Shown here: positions 24,536 through 38,338 of the stretch, piece by piece
Numbering within the stretch: the first letter of the stretch is position 1
Layout of the letters: the number at the start of each line of letters is the position of its first letter
Source of the DNA: Nymphaea colorata
Lineage: Eukaryota
NCBI RefSeq assembly: GCF_008831285.2
Contig: NC_045138.2
Coordinates: forward strand, 23,746,001-23,810,000
DNA length: 64,000 bases
Direction: 5' to 3'
Notes under the pieces: model-generated
Database searches by the model: none
Told to the model about the DNA's origin: nothing
The model's input: only the letters and a program-made list of their open reading frames with translations
Program-made: the position numbers and the translations under genes

Positions 24536-26479
24536 TCACCTCCTTTTAAGTAATAAAATAACAAAAAAATTATTACTTTTAGAGACGATTTGGGAAGCAT
24601 AGTCACGAAAAACGTCTTCATGTTTTAGATTTTTTTTTAAGTATAATACACTTAAAAAACGAAAAAAATGTAGTACATTTTTTAAAAATTAAAAAAATAA
24701 AAATAATGAAAAAAAGTAAAATTAGTGAAAAACTGATAATACAAACAAAAAAATAGATTTACGACAAATAAAAATTAGAAAATAAAAAAATGATGTTTTT
24801 TTCATTAACGTTTTGTTGAAAAAAATGATGTTTTTTTAAGCTTTAAACGATTAATTTTATTTATCTCATTTTTTACGTTTTTTTTCCAAAAACAACGCAT
24901 TTTTTGTAATTATAAAAAGATAGAGAAAATGAAAAACCTTTCTGCTCACTAAAAGGAAAACGTTTACAATAAAATATTTTGTTTGTAATTTTTTAGTAAG
25001 AATGGTATGCGTGAAAGCGTTGCAACATTATTTAAAAAAAAAAAATCAAGAAAGAGAAAAGCTATTGGTTTTCCTTTTTGGCTTTGGAATATAGAAAAAG
25101 GAATCAGCGGTTCCATTATAACTCGTGTAAGAATACTTTACTCTATTCGTTTTTACCAACACAATGATAGATTTTTAAATGGGGTGGGACCGGTCACAAA
25201 TTCATTCGTACCTTTGCTCTTTCCATATTATATTGGCCGCACTCCCAACACTTTCCGGTTCATATGTAAACAAATCCCTAGGCATACACGTTTATTATTG
25301 TTTAAAACTTTTTTATTTGTTTATGTCCTTGATTGGTTAGAGGGAGAAAGAGTGAGAGAGGATCGGGAAAGTCCAAAGTATCTTGTATTAAAAGAAAGAG
25401 CACCATATTTTATATATATATATATATATATATAAGAGAGAGAAAGAGAGGTAGCTTTGGTTGGAAAAGCAAGAGGGGTTATTTTTTAAGAGAGTGCGCG
25501 TAGTATTCTCTTTCTCTTTCTAAATATTATATATATTATATTATATATATATATAATATTTAGAAAGAGAAAGAGAGAGGGAGCATGACATTAATAAAAA
25601 AAATGGATATGAGCGTGTTGAATGGGAGGATAGTGATGGAACCACCCTCTAAGTCAAAAATATCAATCATATGTGCAAACTTGGCATGAAACTTAGTACC
25701 AACGGTTTTAAACCATAGTAGCAACATCAAACACGCTACAAACTCACCTTGGATAACTTTCATGAAGTGAGTTGTGTGCATAGTGTGAGGGAGCATTGAT
25801 GGCTTAGAATTTAGATTTTGGAACCAAATTTCTGCAATCATAATTTTTACTAAAAAAATTCTCGGTTTATTTCAAAAATTAGAGCAGATTTATAGAACAC
25901 TTGTTGGTATGCTTTTATGCAAAATCTTGAATTTCACAAACTTCATAAACAAGAAGGAAATAGACAACTCAAATTCAGTAAAAATAAAAGCAGAAATTTA
26001 GCTTTTCCAAGACTGAATATAATCAAAAGCCCAAACTCAGACTATAAACCTTATATAGGGATGAATCAATTCAGAGAGTATGAAACACAGAGGGAGAAAT
26101 AATGCATTTGGTAGAAGAATATAACATAGTTATATTTAAATAAAAAATCTAAGGTGGCCAAGTTATGCATTAAAAAAAAACAAAACATAAATCCCAAAAG
26201 CAAAATAATATAAACAGTCCATCAAATAGAACAGAATGATGTCAGCTGAGCTAAAGCCCCCAACCATTGATATAGACGCACACTCCAAAGGGATTGAAGA
26301 AGATGGGAAGAAAACTTCCAAAATCAATCATGCCGACAAACACTTTTATCAAATTGTGGATTTTAGCATCCACCCCTATCATGGATCTCAAATCCACAAT
26401 GTATTATGGATTTGAAATCCGATTTGGGCGGAGGGTTCGGATTTTAAAACAATATGCGGTGATCCCAAATCAGTATGCG

Positions 26480-26571
26480 CAGTTGCCCACACCAGTTTCT
26501 TAAAAGTTGTTTATTTTTAAATAAAAATCTTAAATATTTATCTTTTTATATATATAGATTTTAATATTTAT

Positions 26572-26612
<41 letters not shown>

Positions 26613-26655
26613 TGTCCCACCAAATTTGAGTATTTTTAAACAAGTGCCCCTCCTT
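26480..26655. mobile_element. Partial copy of the same MITE family
   Basis: Shares AGTTG.CCACAC, TTTATTTTTAAATAA and AAGTGT.CCACCA.ATTTGAGTA.TTTTAAACAAGTG with 27634-27772. Confidence 0.55.
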
Positions 26656-27017
26656 GACTACCTTCAAAAGAGACTAAGATGTAATATATATAAGCTGAAA
26701 TCTTCTAGCCATCTTGAGTTTGTTTAGTCTAATCACTGTTGTATTCTGCATTGTATAGGGTAGTGTTTTGTAATAAGATGAAAGATTTATTCATCTAAAT
26801 CTATCTGTCTCCACAAATCCACAAAATATAATATATATATATATATTCAGTCCTACTGAATGTCAGATGGCTAAACTTTAAAAATATATAACTAAAAAAC
26901 AATCATAGCAACAGTTTGTGGTGGCTTTAACAATGATTTATGATTATTTGAGCGACTAATTTTAAAATTGAGTAATTCAACAACTACTAAGCATCCTGCA
27001 AAATTATATATATAATT

Positions 27018-27058
<41 letters not shown>

Positions 27059-27633
27059 TTTTGCACAAAATCGTTTGACTGGGATTCAAATGGCCGGTTC
27101 CTAAATCTTTTAATAGTTTTTTCATTCCACCTAACCCAATCAATCTGTAGACTTCTGGTATTTTTAAAAAGAGAGAGAGAGAGAAGCCGAGTCCCTCGCA
27201 CGGTCAAAGGTTGCTGCAACCGCCTTGCCTGAGCCTATAAGTCCATCATATTATCCGGACGGGGTCAACTCAAAGGAGAAAAAAATACACTCAACTTTAC
27301 TCCATGTTACCTCACTTGGAAGCGCCATAGCTTCGTTTGACAAAATGGGCCTTGACAAAATGTCGTATTATAAAATATCCGGAGAATCACGAAGAGGTGG
27401 GGGCATGCGAGACCGTGAGTGTAGAGTGTCGGAGGACAAAAGATAAAATTAAAGAGAGTTGCATGACGTAGCTGCCATTTTAGACACCGGCCCAACAACA
27501 CTGGGGGCCACCGCCCGGCGTCGACCCAGATGCCAAAAATTGCATGTTTTAAAGTGAAGATAAAAGGAAGAATTGCCTCCTTCAGTCCATCCCACTCGTC
27601 TCTTTCTCTCTCTGGTAAAGGCATCTGCATGGT

Positions 27634-27772
27634 AAGTGGCGGAGCCATATTGTGATTGGTGTGGGTAGTTGTCCACACAAGTTTTTTATTTTTAAATAAG
27701 AATTTTAAATATATATATATAAGTGTTCCACCATATTTGAGTACTTTTAAACAAGTGTTGGCTCCGCTACTA
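27634..27772. mobile_element. hAT-type MITE
   Basis: TIRs AGTGGCGGAGCCA and TGGCTCCGCTACT (12/13 match). Internal sequence resembles 26480-26655. TSD is degenerate. Confidence 0.7.
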
Positions 27773-30481
27773 CGGATAGTTCGACACCTCTCTTTACAGG
27801 TGAGTGCACTGGTGTCTCTCTCTTTGTGAATCTTTTTTCAAGGTACCAGTGCCGGCAATAAGTCATTAGGTCATTAGGTCATTAGGTCACGTGCCTTCGA
27901 AAGTTTAATTTGCAGTTCACCTACTATTGAGTCCTAATTCTGGATCGGTTTTTTTTAAGATTGAGGCAGATTCATAAAATATTCACATAACATTTTAATT
28001 TTAATAACAAACAACTTTTATAGGCCATTAAAGAAACTAGCTCAGTTAAAAGCATTTTCCATTCAAATAGTTCTATAATTATACGGAGGATGTGATTTAT
28101 GCACCGTAATAATGCATGGAAGCTAGGCACTTTCCATGTTATGCCATTAACATGGGAAGATATGTTCCCACATTTTAACATATGGACATTTTGGTAATTT
28201 TATACAGTGAAATTTTTTGAAATTTTACTTTTGTCCTTATAAGAGAAAGAGAAAGGGTCTTCCATTTAATTTATAAATATATTTTAATTATTTACAACCC
28301 GTAACACATAGTCCTTTGCTAGACACCATAACATATAACCTAATTAGCATGTAGAAGATAATGAGCTTCCTTAATTGCTACCGTCATTGCATGTTTTCGC
28401 ATGGAGGGTGCAATAAATTAAGGGGCAAAGCTAATAACTTTTCAATAAAAAAAGTAAAATTATAGTTTCAAAATTTTAATAAGAGCCGACATATTGCCGA
28501 TCCCCTTGCTTTTGCCCCAAAATAAATCAAAACACAGAAATATTATAAATTTATAAGAAATTTTCAAGATAAATTTTCTATGGCACATTGGTGCTATTTT
28601 TGGACTGTAACTTGGGGGCCCAATTTTATCAAATAAAAGCTTCAATGTGAAGTTTGTCTTTTGGAAACATGTGAAACTTTATTACCTTTTATATTATTCT
28701 ACCAAGTTGAAAAGTGTTCTCATCTTTGCCAAAAATGAACGATATTGCCCTCGTTTCGCCACTTAGGGGCGTGGCCAGTTTTCAAGTGGAAGTAAAGGGG
28801 AAAAGCAAAAGCAAAAGCAGGCTCCTGGGACTGTCAGAGGAATTAACATAATATTGATTATGACGGCCAAAAAGTGGTTATTAGGTGAAAATTTTTCTTC
28901 GGTTGAGTGTCAAATGAGAACTACAACGTCGTAATAATTTTATCGCTTTCGTACGTGCGGACCTCTGGTCATTTTTCACAATTGCAATTCAATAGATAAG
29001 AATCCGCGTGCCTGGCAAAATACTGGAGGGACTTCTTCACCCTTCACTTCGAGTTGTATTTCACTTTTTTTTTTTTACTTGAATGCTAACCACGTGGACA
29101 AGATATTAGTTATTCAAAAAGGTAGGATCAATTCAAAATAATATTTCCATATCTTTGATAAAGTATGTAAGTGGCAAGGTATATGCTATATAGTTATAGT
29201 TATTATAGACTTTTTAAATTAGACGAGTAAGAGAAGTATTTCATTTTACTGTTTAAAAAAGAAGTGAAGTTTCCACCTAACCCTTTGTCTCCTTAAAATA
29301 TATAGTTTGTTTGATGTCTCATAGTGTTGTTGTTGTTGCGTTTTAGCTTACACATCAATGACCCCTGTTTTGAAGCAGACATGTTGATGCCTCAAAAAAA
29401 ATTCAAAACAAAAATTGATTGCCTCCAATTTCTACCTTGATCATTTACCAACTCCGAAGACTTTTAAATTGTGTTTTCTATGTCATCCTTTTATTATAAA
29501 ACGATATGCATGGTTGGATTACACCCAACAACGGAGAAATAAATTAATTCAAAGGACCCTTCTCCCAAAAGTTCATTAGGCCTTCTGATAATTTGTTCTC
29601 TTAATTTTTTTTTTATATTTTCGCCACTGCCTACACTCACTTACAAAAAAGATTTCTTTTCATAAATTATATATATATATATAAGCTCTAAATCATGTAA
29701 TTTTACTATGAATAATAGGGGCATCTTGACATCTGAAAATACAAATGACGCCATAAAATTTCAGCTTTTAAAGTTAAAAAAAAAAACTCTTATTTTATAT
29801 CTAACGGACATTATTTGTAATATCATTTATATATTGCACAAAGCAATTCAAATCTATACAAGCACAAAATCTTGACTTTATATTTTTCAATTGATCTGCC
29901 TCCCGTTTGATGTCCATCTATCATGGTTGAAAGGTTTGACGGAAGATGGCTCCACTGTAAGAATTGCCTCTCATGGAAGGGTTCCCACCTTCGTAGAATT
30001 CTACGAAGGAAGAGAAAAGAAAAACGAAGATAGACCAAATAAAGACTTGCCTACGTCTACGGTCGTCAAGGTTCTTCTTGCTTGATTATTCCCCAAGCAA
30101 GGGATTCTTATTTATATAAAAATGAACTCTCACAAGCTGAACTCTCGTGGACAGTGGCCGAGCAAAGATATTTATGGCTGAAGAGCACTCTAAGTTTAAA
30201 TCTCCAATTTTACAGGACACTCATATATTAAAAATTAATGAAGTTTGTTTATGTAAATAAAGTAAAGATGGTGTGGGTTGTCCAGTATGTTCATGTTCAT
30301 GACTAAGTCATTGTCATCGATTTATTTTCCCACCACTGCTAACCAGTACTGCACCAATTGTGTTCACCTGCTACGATCAATGCTTACGGTGACTGCCGTT
30401 GCAGATGAGTAACATTTGTGTCTTTTCCCACCTTTTGCTGTCATATTTCATCCATCAAGGAGGTCGAGAGAGGGGGGAGAG

Positions 30482-30535
<54 letters not shown>

Positions 30536-30999
30536 CACATTGCACAGCATAGGGTGAGATATCGCTGCAGCACAAGTGACTCTCTTTCACTCTTTGTATT
30601 TGTCAATCGGCCCTTCTTTCTCCCTCTCTCTCTACATCTCTCCTTGTTCATCCCTTACTCTTTCTCCCATCCAACCCTTCTCTGTTTTGTCAATCTCTCT
30701 ATCGCTCATTCTCCACCTCCTTTCTTCGTTTGTAGCATGTCAGAGATGAAACTGTAATTATGTGCATAAGCCATCGAACACTACAACATTGTGTAGAGTT
30801 AAGGTTTTGTTCTTAAATCTTGCAGAGGCATGTGCATTAATGTTTTTTATTTATATATGTTCTCCCTTTTCTCTCTTTCAGTTCACTTTTGAACTATGCT
30901 CCTTTGGATTTCTAAATCTGCCTCTGTGTGTCTATCTTAGTCGAATGGTTGATGCTGTAAATGTTGCTTGCCTTCTCTCTCTCTCGCTCTCTCTCTCTA

Positions 31000-31034
<35 letters not shown>

Positions 31035-32822
31035 ATACCAACTTTTTCCCGGTTCCACGAAGAATTATGTTGTCCTGCGTCTTTAGCAAATGAGATCGAA
31101 GTCATTCATCAATTTATCTTAGAGGTAGATGTCACCTCTAGTGGACATTTAGAAGCTTTTTCAAGTAGTTAATCTTCAATCAATGTCACTTGTTATCTTT
31201 GTTTTATTCTTTCTATAATAAATATTCATCAAGCAAATTTGTAATTAATTACGCAATTATTTTGTTTAGTTTCACACATACAAGAGCATTGTGAATATGA
31301 GAAAATGGATTTGAGTTCGCTTCGTTCTTTTCATATACCAAGTTAAAAATGGAAAAACAACAGAAAAACCAAGCATTGGTCTAACTAATTATATGTGTTG
31401 TAGCTTATGTACAAAGGTACGTTTCCAATTATAGATTTGGACTTGATATGCAATGTTCATTTATGAATTAAATCCATTGGATCAACTTGATTCATTGTGA
31501 TGCCATGTAGATTTATTGCTAAAATGCTTTGAAACAACACTATTTTCAATACCATTTTAAGATAGTTATATAAAAAGTGTCAAATTTAAATTTATGGATA
31601 TTTGTGCTGAAAGAATGTAAAAATCTCATAGCTTCATCTGCACAAAGAAAAGAAAGTAACAAAAAAATAATGAGTGTGACTTGAAGCAGATTAGAAGAAT
31701 ATTAATTCATTATCTACCCAATGGTTGTTTCTTTTTAGTCCAAGCACGACACGATACTGAACAATTTGCTCATGTCTCAGCACTAGGCAACATCCAACAA
31801 CACCTTGTAACCATGTCTTCTACTAGTAATTTTTCTTTTGTCTTTCTGTTCATATTACATTACTGCATTGTTATACAATTTTTTTATTTGAATTGAACAT
31901 TATCATAGCCTTCCATTTGTATGTTTGCATTCTCAGAATTTTGTTATGGAGTGGTGCAATGAAAAACCTTGAACTTTTCAAAGTTGTAATTTCCAGGTCA
32001 TGGTGGATGTTGGGATCCTTGAATCCCATCCAATGACCAGTGAAAAGATTGTAAAAGGACATCCTTTATTTATTAGATATTTTTGTTAGAGTTTCATCTT
32101 TTACCCTACCTATAGATTGATTATGTATTAGTATTGAATTTTGCATGGGCTTTTCTTCTAATTGGATGCCTATCAAAATTAGGAATGAGAGGGCTAGATT
32201 TTGGCAGATCTGTTATAAAAATCTCAGTTAGCATGGTTAGACATTTTTTATTTCTAAAACCCAATTAAGAAGCCCTAACTCGGGTTTCATGAACAACAAT
32301 ATTTACTTGCTTCTTGTTGTACTAGATTGTGGCGTTGAAAAATCAGATAGGCAACACTTTGCCATTATTGTAGTATAACATTTATATATCATATGGTTAT
32401 GAACATCTGAATTCAAATTATGAACCTTTTCCAAAGGTAAAAGAGTGCTATTTTCAATTAAGTAAAGCAATTCTTGAATTTACAAATTAATTTACATGGT
32501 ATCATTAATTAGTTGTTTCCCTACACATCAAAATATCAAATGATACATGTTATATTAGTTAGCTCTGAATTGCAGTTCAACCACTTAACTAATTTATGAT
32601 GTGTAGATAAACTTTTGATACAATGCTTACTAGTATGATGCCACTGTACTTTTTTCTTCCATCGACCAAGTTGGGATTACTCGATGCTGGTAAATTATGT
32701 AAGCCAAAGGCCAAATAAAGCTTATAATTGACCAACAAGCAGACCAGATATGACTTTGTAGTGGTCAATTATGTAGTCCAATCTCAAGAGAAAGAGCTTA
32801 TAAATGAAGCATCTGGCAGTTC

Positions 32823-32928
32823 CTAGGTCTTCAAATGAAATATTATGCAGTTGAAATGCAATTTAATCTTAACACTAGGTCTTCAAATGAAATATTATGC
32901 AGTTGAAATGCAATTTAATCTTAACACT
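32823..32928. repeat. Perfect 52-bp tandem duplication
   Basis: CTAGGTCTTCAAATGAAATATTATGCAGTTGAAATGCAATTTAATCTTAACA repeated twice. Confidence 0.95.
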
Positions 32929-35571
32929 GTAATATTTTGAACTATAGAGTATGCTTGTTGAATGTGTTTGCTTTATATTATTGGATGGATGAAATGTTTT
33001 AGCTAGTGATGCTTGTCCAAACCCCCAAGGTTCATTTGGATATTGCTCAATGTTCAACTAGCTTATTTTTTGCCTTGTGTTTTGCTAGTCACACTATATG
33101 TAGTCTAAATTTCAACTATTCAACTTCTTGAAGGTAACTGGTTTAATTTCTACATTTTTCAATAACTTTATAAAGATAGTCTCTCTCTCTCTCTCTCTCT
33201 CTCTCGCTCATGCACACACACACAAAGCACATGCATGCATGCTTGCACATATGCAAAAAAGCAAAAACAAAAAGAGTGTCATATCCTTCTCTAGTTGCCT
33301 CACAATGACCTTTTCTTCTACTATTGCTAGTTTTGCTTTTTGATTCTCAAGTGTATGGTGGGTTGCCCTTTTAATGAATGTACTACTGGATGCCTTGAGA
33401 GCTGTTGTATTTATTAAATTATTAGTTTGATTGATAATAGATAATAATCACCAATTAAAATATGTTTTGCTTTTGTAGTTAGGTTCAAGGGAGAAGGAAG
33501 GACTGAATGAGCTATCTTCAAGGAATGTTTATTATGCTGCATTATCTATTGGAGTGATTAGGCGATGGAAACTTTCCTTGGTCAACCAAGACTTGATTTC
33601 TTTATTACCATGTGGTAGCGATGATATGACACGTGAATAACTCGGTCTCTAATTTCCTTCAAGGTAATGTCCAATGCTTCCATTTGCTTTTGTGCATTAT
33701 GCATGTTGTCCTCTATCAATTAATGAATGACCATAATAAGTCTAAATATAGCAATGTTTGTCTTCTTTATTTCATTAATGCTCTATGTCATGGCTCTTTT
33801 TCAATAATCTTGAGAAGATGTGTTCAATTGTAAATCCTTTTGAATAACAAATACCTAGAATATGGTGTTTCTTGGTATATGTAGGCGAGGTTGCTCAACT
33901 AGACAAGAATTTTGAGGAAAGTGTTCCCAAATCCACAAGAGATGGACTTTTATATACTTTTGTAGGATTTAATTGTTCTTTTATTTGTTATTTTATCTAT
34001 AATGATTTCTGTTATATGTTTTTTATGGCCTTGTATAAAATCAGTCAAAATTGAACAAATGAATTGACCATAAATATCATTGAGATACTATGATTCTTAC
34101 ATTTTCAAGAATGACATTTGTCATTATTAGGATTTGATGACATTATGGAAAATATCTACAACCATCAAAATTCACATTTCTTAATATTTGAAATGTAAAA
34201 CTAAATAATATTGCTCTTAGTTGTGTAAGTATAGCTAGGTCATTTAAGAGTTGTTATTTATGATGTGAGCTGAATATGAAACAAAAAGCTTTAACATGAA
34301 ATATTTTTTTATGCATGGGGCCTTGCAATTTCTTGGTTTTAAGATTATTGTGATGGCTCACTATTTTGGCGGCTTGTCCAAGTCCATCCATATGCATCAC
34401 ATGTAGGACTATTTATTGAGCTGTTGTAGTTCCAATGAATAGCTATGCTATTGCTTTCTCGTATGTGATGTCAAAATGGACTAGGTATCAAAGTATATTA
34501 TTTTTCTTTTATTTTTTACACTTTTGTTTGCTAACACTTTTATCATTTAGTTTTTACACATTGAAAGAAGTTGTGTAATCTAATTTAACTTATCATCAAC
34601 TAACTATCGATTTGCTTGCAATTGTTAAAAGTTTCAGGCTTAAGATGATCTCACCAGGTAGTTCTCAAACTCAATTGCTAAATGATGGTGCCTTATATTT
34701 ATATTTTACAATAAATCAAGGTGGTTGGAATAGTCCTTCAAAAGGACAAACATACAAGTGAGCTACTGTCACATGTTCGAATTTGCTAGACATTTGTGGA
34801 TTTTCTTCAAAATAATGAATATATAGGTGGACAATACTTTCTCTTGCATGTGCATATTTCATCTTGTGTTATTGTTTGCATTGTTATTTTCTCTACAAAC
34901 ATTCTATTTTTTCTATATATAATTGCAGTTTTTACTTCACAAAGCTTTTTTTTTTCTTTTTCTACTTATTCCATTGATTTCCAAAGTGATCTAATGTATG
35001 TTTGTGCTTCTCATTGTTGTTGCATTGATTTGCAGGGACAATTCATTTAACTTGTTAACTTTTGATTTCCGTCTCTCGTAGCTTATTTTCTTTCAAACAG
35101 GTTTCCCTTTCATGTATAGTTTGTTGAACTAGCTGGTTGAATTTATTGGATGGTGAATGCAAGCTTTGCTTGGTTGGAAATAATAATGAGTAACCAATCA
35201 CATGTAAGTGCTATAAGCTTTTTATTATATCTCTTTGTATAAGTTCGTGATTTTTGAATCATATTGATTCTCATTATATGATAATAACAAACTCAAAATT
35301 GTAGTCGCATTTCTTTATATAGTTTTAGTAGTAGCTATTGTTTTCTTGGATACTTTCAACAAACTTTAACACATAGTGTTGATAGGCATGATCATAATGA
35401 ATGAAGTTTTTAAGTCGTTGAATATACAAAAATGGAGAAGACATTAAATTAATATCCCAAACCTTTGACTTTGATCAATCCCAAAGAATTTTCAATTGTG
35501 AAAACTGGATATTGGATAAATTTGTACATAGTTTTTTTTTTTTTTTGTAATTAAAATTTTGTTTACATACA

Positions 35572-35627
<56 letters not shown>

Positions 35628-35689
35628 AGTAACCATATTATGGGCCACAACTTTTACTATAGCTACTAACAACTTGGGGCATGGACAAA

Positions 35690-35862
35690 AATTTTTTTGG
35701 CAATGGTTTAAATTGTAACCATTAAAAACTGAGTTGTGTCAAAAAACTTTTTGGCAATAGCTTGTGCCTTGCTTGATAATGTTTAAGTATAAGACCTATG
35801 CTAAGGGCAGTCTTTAGCAATTGCTAAGTTTGGGTCGTTGCCAAAAAGTATTTTTGGTAGAG
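35690..35862. mobile_element. CACTA-like right end with subterminal repeats
   Basis: Direct and inverted TTTTGGCAA/TTGCCAAAA motifs ending in TTTTTGGTAGAG, one mismatch from the canonical ...TAGTG. Confidence 0.5.
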
Positions 35863-36129
35863 ATAAATAAATCATTAACCATGGTAAGAGCCATAACTAA
35901 TAACTATTTGTTAGGTCTGGTGTGTTATTATTTTGCCTTGTGAAAATAAAGAGTTATTGATTCACTTCTTTTTCTTAGGTTTTGAAGTGGAAATTTCTAT
36001 TGTTAGCTTCTTTCTCTTAAGTGAGCTGCATATGCGTTTAAGAGATTGTAGTGCATGTTTCATAAAAGGTTTTAAGCCCCACAACTTGACTGTGAATTGT
36101 TTTATTAGAGAAGATAGAATCTAGCTAAG

Positions 36130-36595
36130 AAGAAGCTGGTCTCCCTTATGCCATTTATCATATACTACATTTCATGCATCTTATTTGCCTTCTTTGACAA
36201 GCAAGAACTTAGCTAAATTGGGAGAATAACCACCAACCATGCCCATCAAATTATAGCTTTTGAGCAATAGGATAAGTTGGAATTTTCATAACAATTAGTT
36301 GTCTGCTGACAACTTAACAAACATGATATTGAAGATTACTAGGGACAAGAAGAATAAGGAAGATAGAACGTGCTTCTGTTGAATCAATAACCATGCTAGC
36401 TTATGCAGTTTGTGTAGCCATCATAGGTGAAGTCGATGGATCCCTTGGTGTTGCAACCCTGCTATGGAATTCTTCCAATTCCTTTGGCGCTTTGATACCA
36501 TATAAGAGAAAACATGTAGAAGAAAAATTAGAAACACATGCAAAGAAAATAAAGATTTGACATGGTTCAACTGAATATTAGTTTATGTCCACCTA
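36130..36595 (-). mobile_element. Ty1/copia 5' fragment (LTR end, PBS, start of gag), decayed
   Basis: PBS TGGTATCAAAGC at 36489-36500 (minus strand). The translation VKLSADN*LL*KFQLILLLKSYNLMGMV resembles the copia gag N-terminus. Confidence 0.7.
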
Positions 36596-37211
36596 TATCA
36601 AGGTTTCTCATGCTTGATTTCTTCCCAATCATGGATTTTTTCATTTATATACTCATGTTTACAATTATAGCCCAACAGTCCTTGATTTTCTGATTTTTCA
36701 CAAGTATCATTTGGATCCATATTATTTTTATCCATTGATTTCATGCTCCTCTCTTTAGCAACTTCTGATGTCATACCCAACTTGCCTTTATCAGATGTGA
36801 AAAGTTCACAATATGCACTAGGCTGGGCGCTTCTCTCCTTTGCAGAGAAAACTGGTATGCATATAATGGAGGCTGTCTTGCTTTCAATGGCTGGGAAACC
36901 GATGTTGCCAACAACAAACTTTTGTTTGAAGTGGTTTACATGACCATTTTCTCATTGAAGTTGCAAATATGTGAAGGCAATTCCCATGTTATGCTGTTAA
37001 CATAGCTTTAAAAGAAGGGTATTGTGGTAAAAGTGGGGTCTTCCATTTAACTGACAGCAGATAGTCATTTCCAACTCAGAATACATGGCCCCTTGTTAGG
37101 GACCACAACATATAACATGCAAGATGCAAGTAGGGAAGAAATTATTTATCATCAGTGCAAAATGCAAATGTTTGGGCCTATATCAATAATATTTTATTAT
37201 TGTAATAACAT

Positions 37212-37263
37212 TGTCACGGGATGACTCCTTCAGTTTGTGCGGGCTCTCAGACACAGGGGAACA
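37212..37263. mobile_element. 52-bp internally deleted solo LTR related to the gypsy LTRs at 7175 and 12232
   Basis: TGTCACGGGATGACTCCTTCAGTTTGTGCGG matches one LTR end and CTC..GACACAGGGGAACA matches the other. Flanks are AACAT and AACAC. Confidence 0.8.
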
Positions 37264-38338
37264 AACACAAACTTTTTTTGGAAACTTCTCAAGTTTGCAT
37301 TTGATACTAATCACTGTCCTTTTTATTCTCCTATACCACAATTTTTTTTATAACTTTTGTTAATTCTTTTGGCGGAACCACATGGTGATTTGTGTGGGAT
37401 TGTCCATACTAACCTCACAATCTCGAACCTCGTTATATGCACCATATTGGTACATGAATTTTCATGTGTCAGTATGGTTAATAGCTCCTTCAGTTCACAT
37501 TGAAAAAGATTTTTTTTTGTAAATATAAAATAAAAATGTAAAAATACTATGAAGGACATTTTAAAAAAACATTGCTTTTGAAGGCCTAGCGTGCCCAAGG
37601 GCACACAAATTTTCTCTCATAAACTTTGTTTATTTTGTCATTAATGTTTTTACATATTTGATTGTTAATATATATAAGTGCTTTTAAAGCATTAGTTGTT
37701 GAATTAATGCCCCTTCAGCCAAAATTTCTAGCTAGTATTAAAATTGACAAGCACAAGAAAAGATAAACAAAAATCACGGCATAAAAAGGGAAGTGTTTTT
37801 TCAAATGCCAGTTTGGCTGCCGGTAATTTGATGATCCACTCAAAATTTTTAAATGTGTCATTTTCAGACATATGAAATAATTCCTATTTTGCAACAAAAA
37901 ACAAGAAAAAATCAATTTCCTTCCAAATTTTGCTGCCCATGTTTTCAGTCTTTAAACATTGGAACAATCTTTCATGTGCAATCCAGGAGGAAGTGTTTGG
38001 TGATCAGTCATTAACGAAGACGAACGGCGAGGATGAAACTCATGTATGAACACTGAAGAACAAATTGCAATCTCTCTTTAAACCGTTTATGTAATTTTGA
38101 TTATTCCTTTGGACAGACCTTGTCGGTTTCCAATTTGATTCGCAGTGAGATTCTTTGTTCCCATCAATGATGACAATAAAAAAATATGTCCAATCACCGA
38201 CCGAATCCTCCTGCGGCCGTACCTTCGGAAGAACTTCGGTCCTCCGGGCAGCGGATTGACTGCGCAGTCGCACACTGGTCTTCCTTTCTCTTGCAGTGGC
38301 CGTCGGTTGCCGGAGGCGGAAACTTTCGCCAGGGGGAG

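Noticed and set aside
30140..30210. Possible tRNA-derived SINE head (TGGCCGAG ... GTTTAAATC)
   Set aside because: The boxes are too degenerate, and no tail or TSD is visible.
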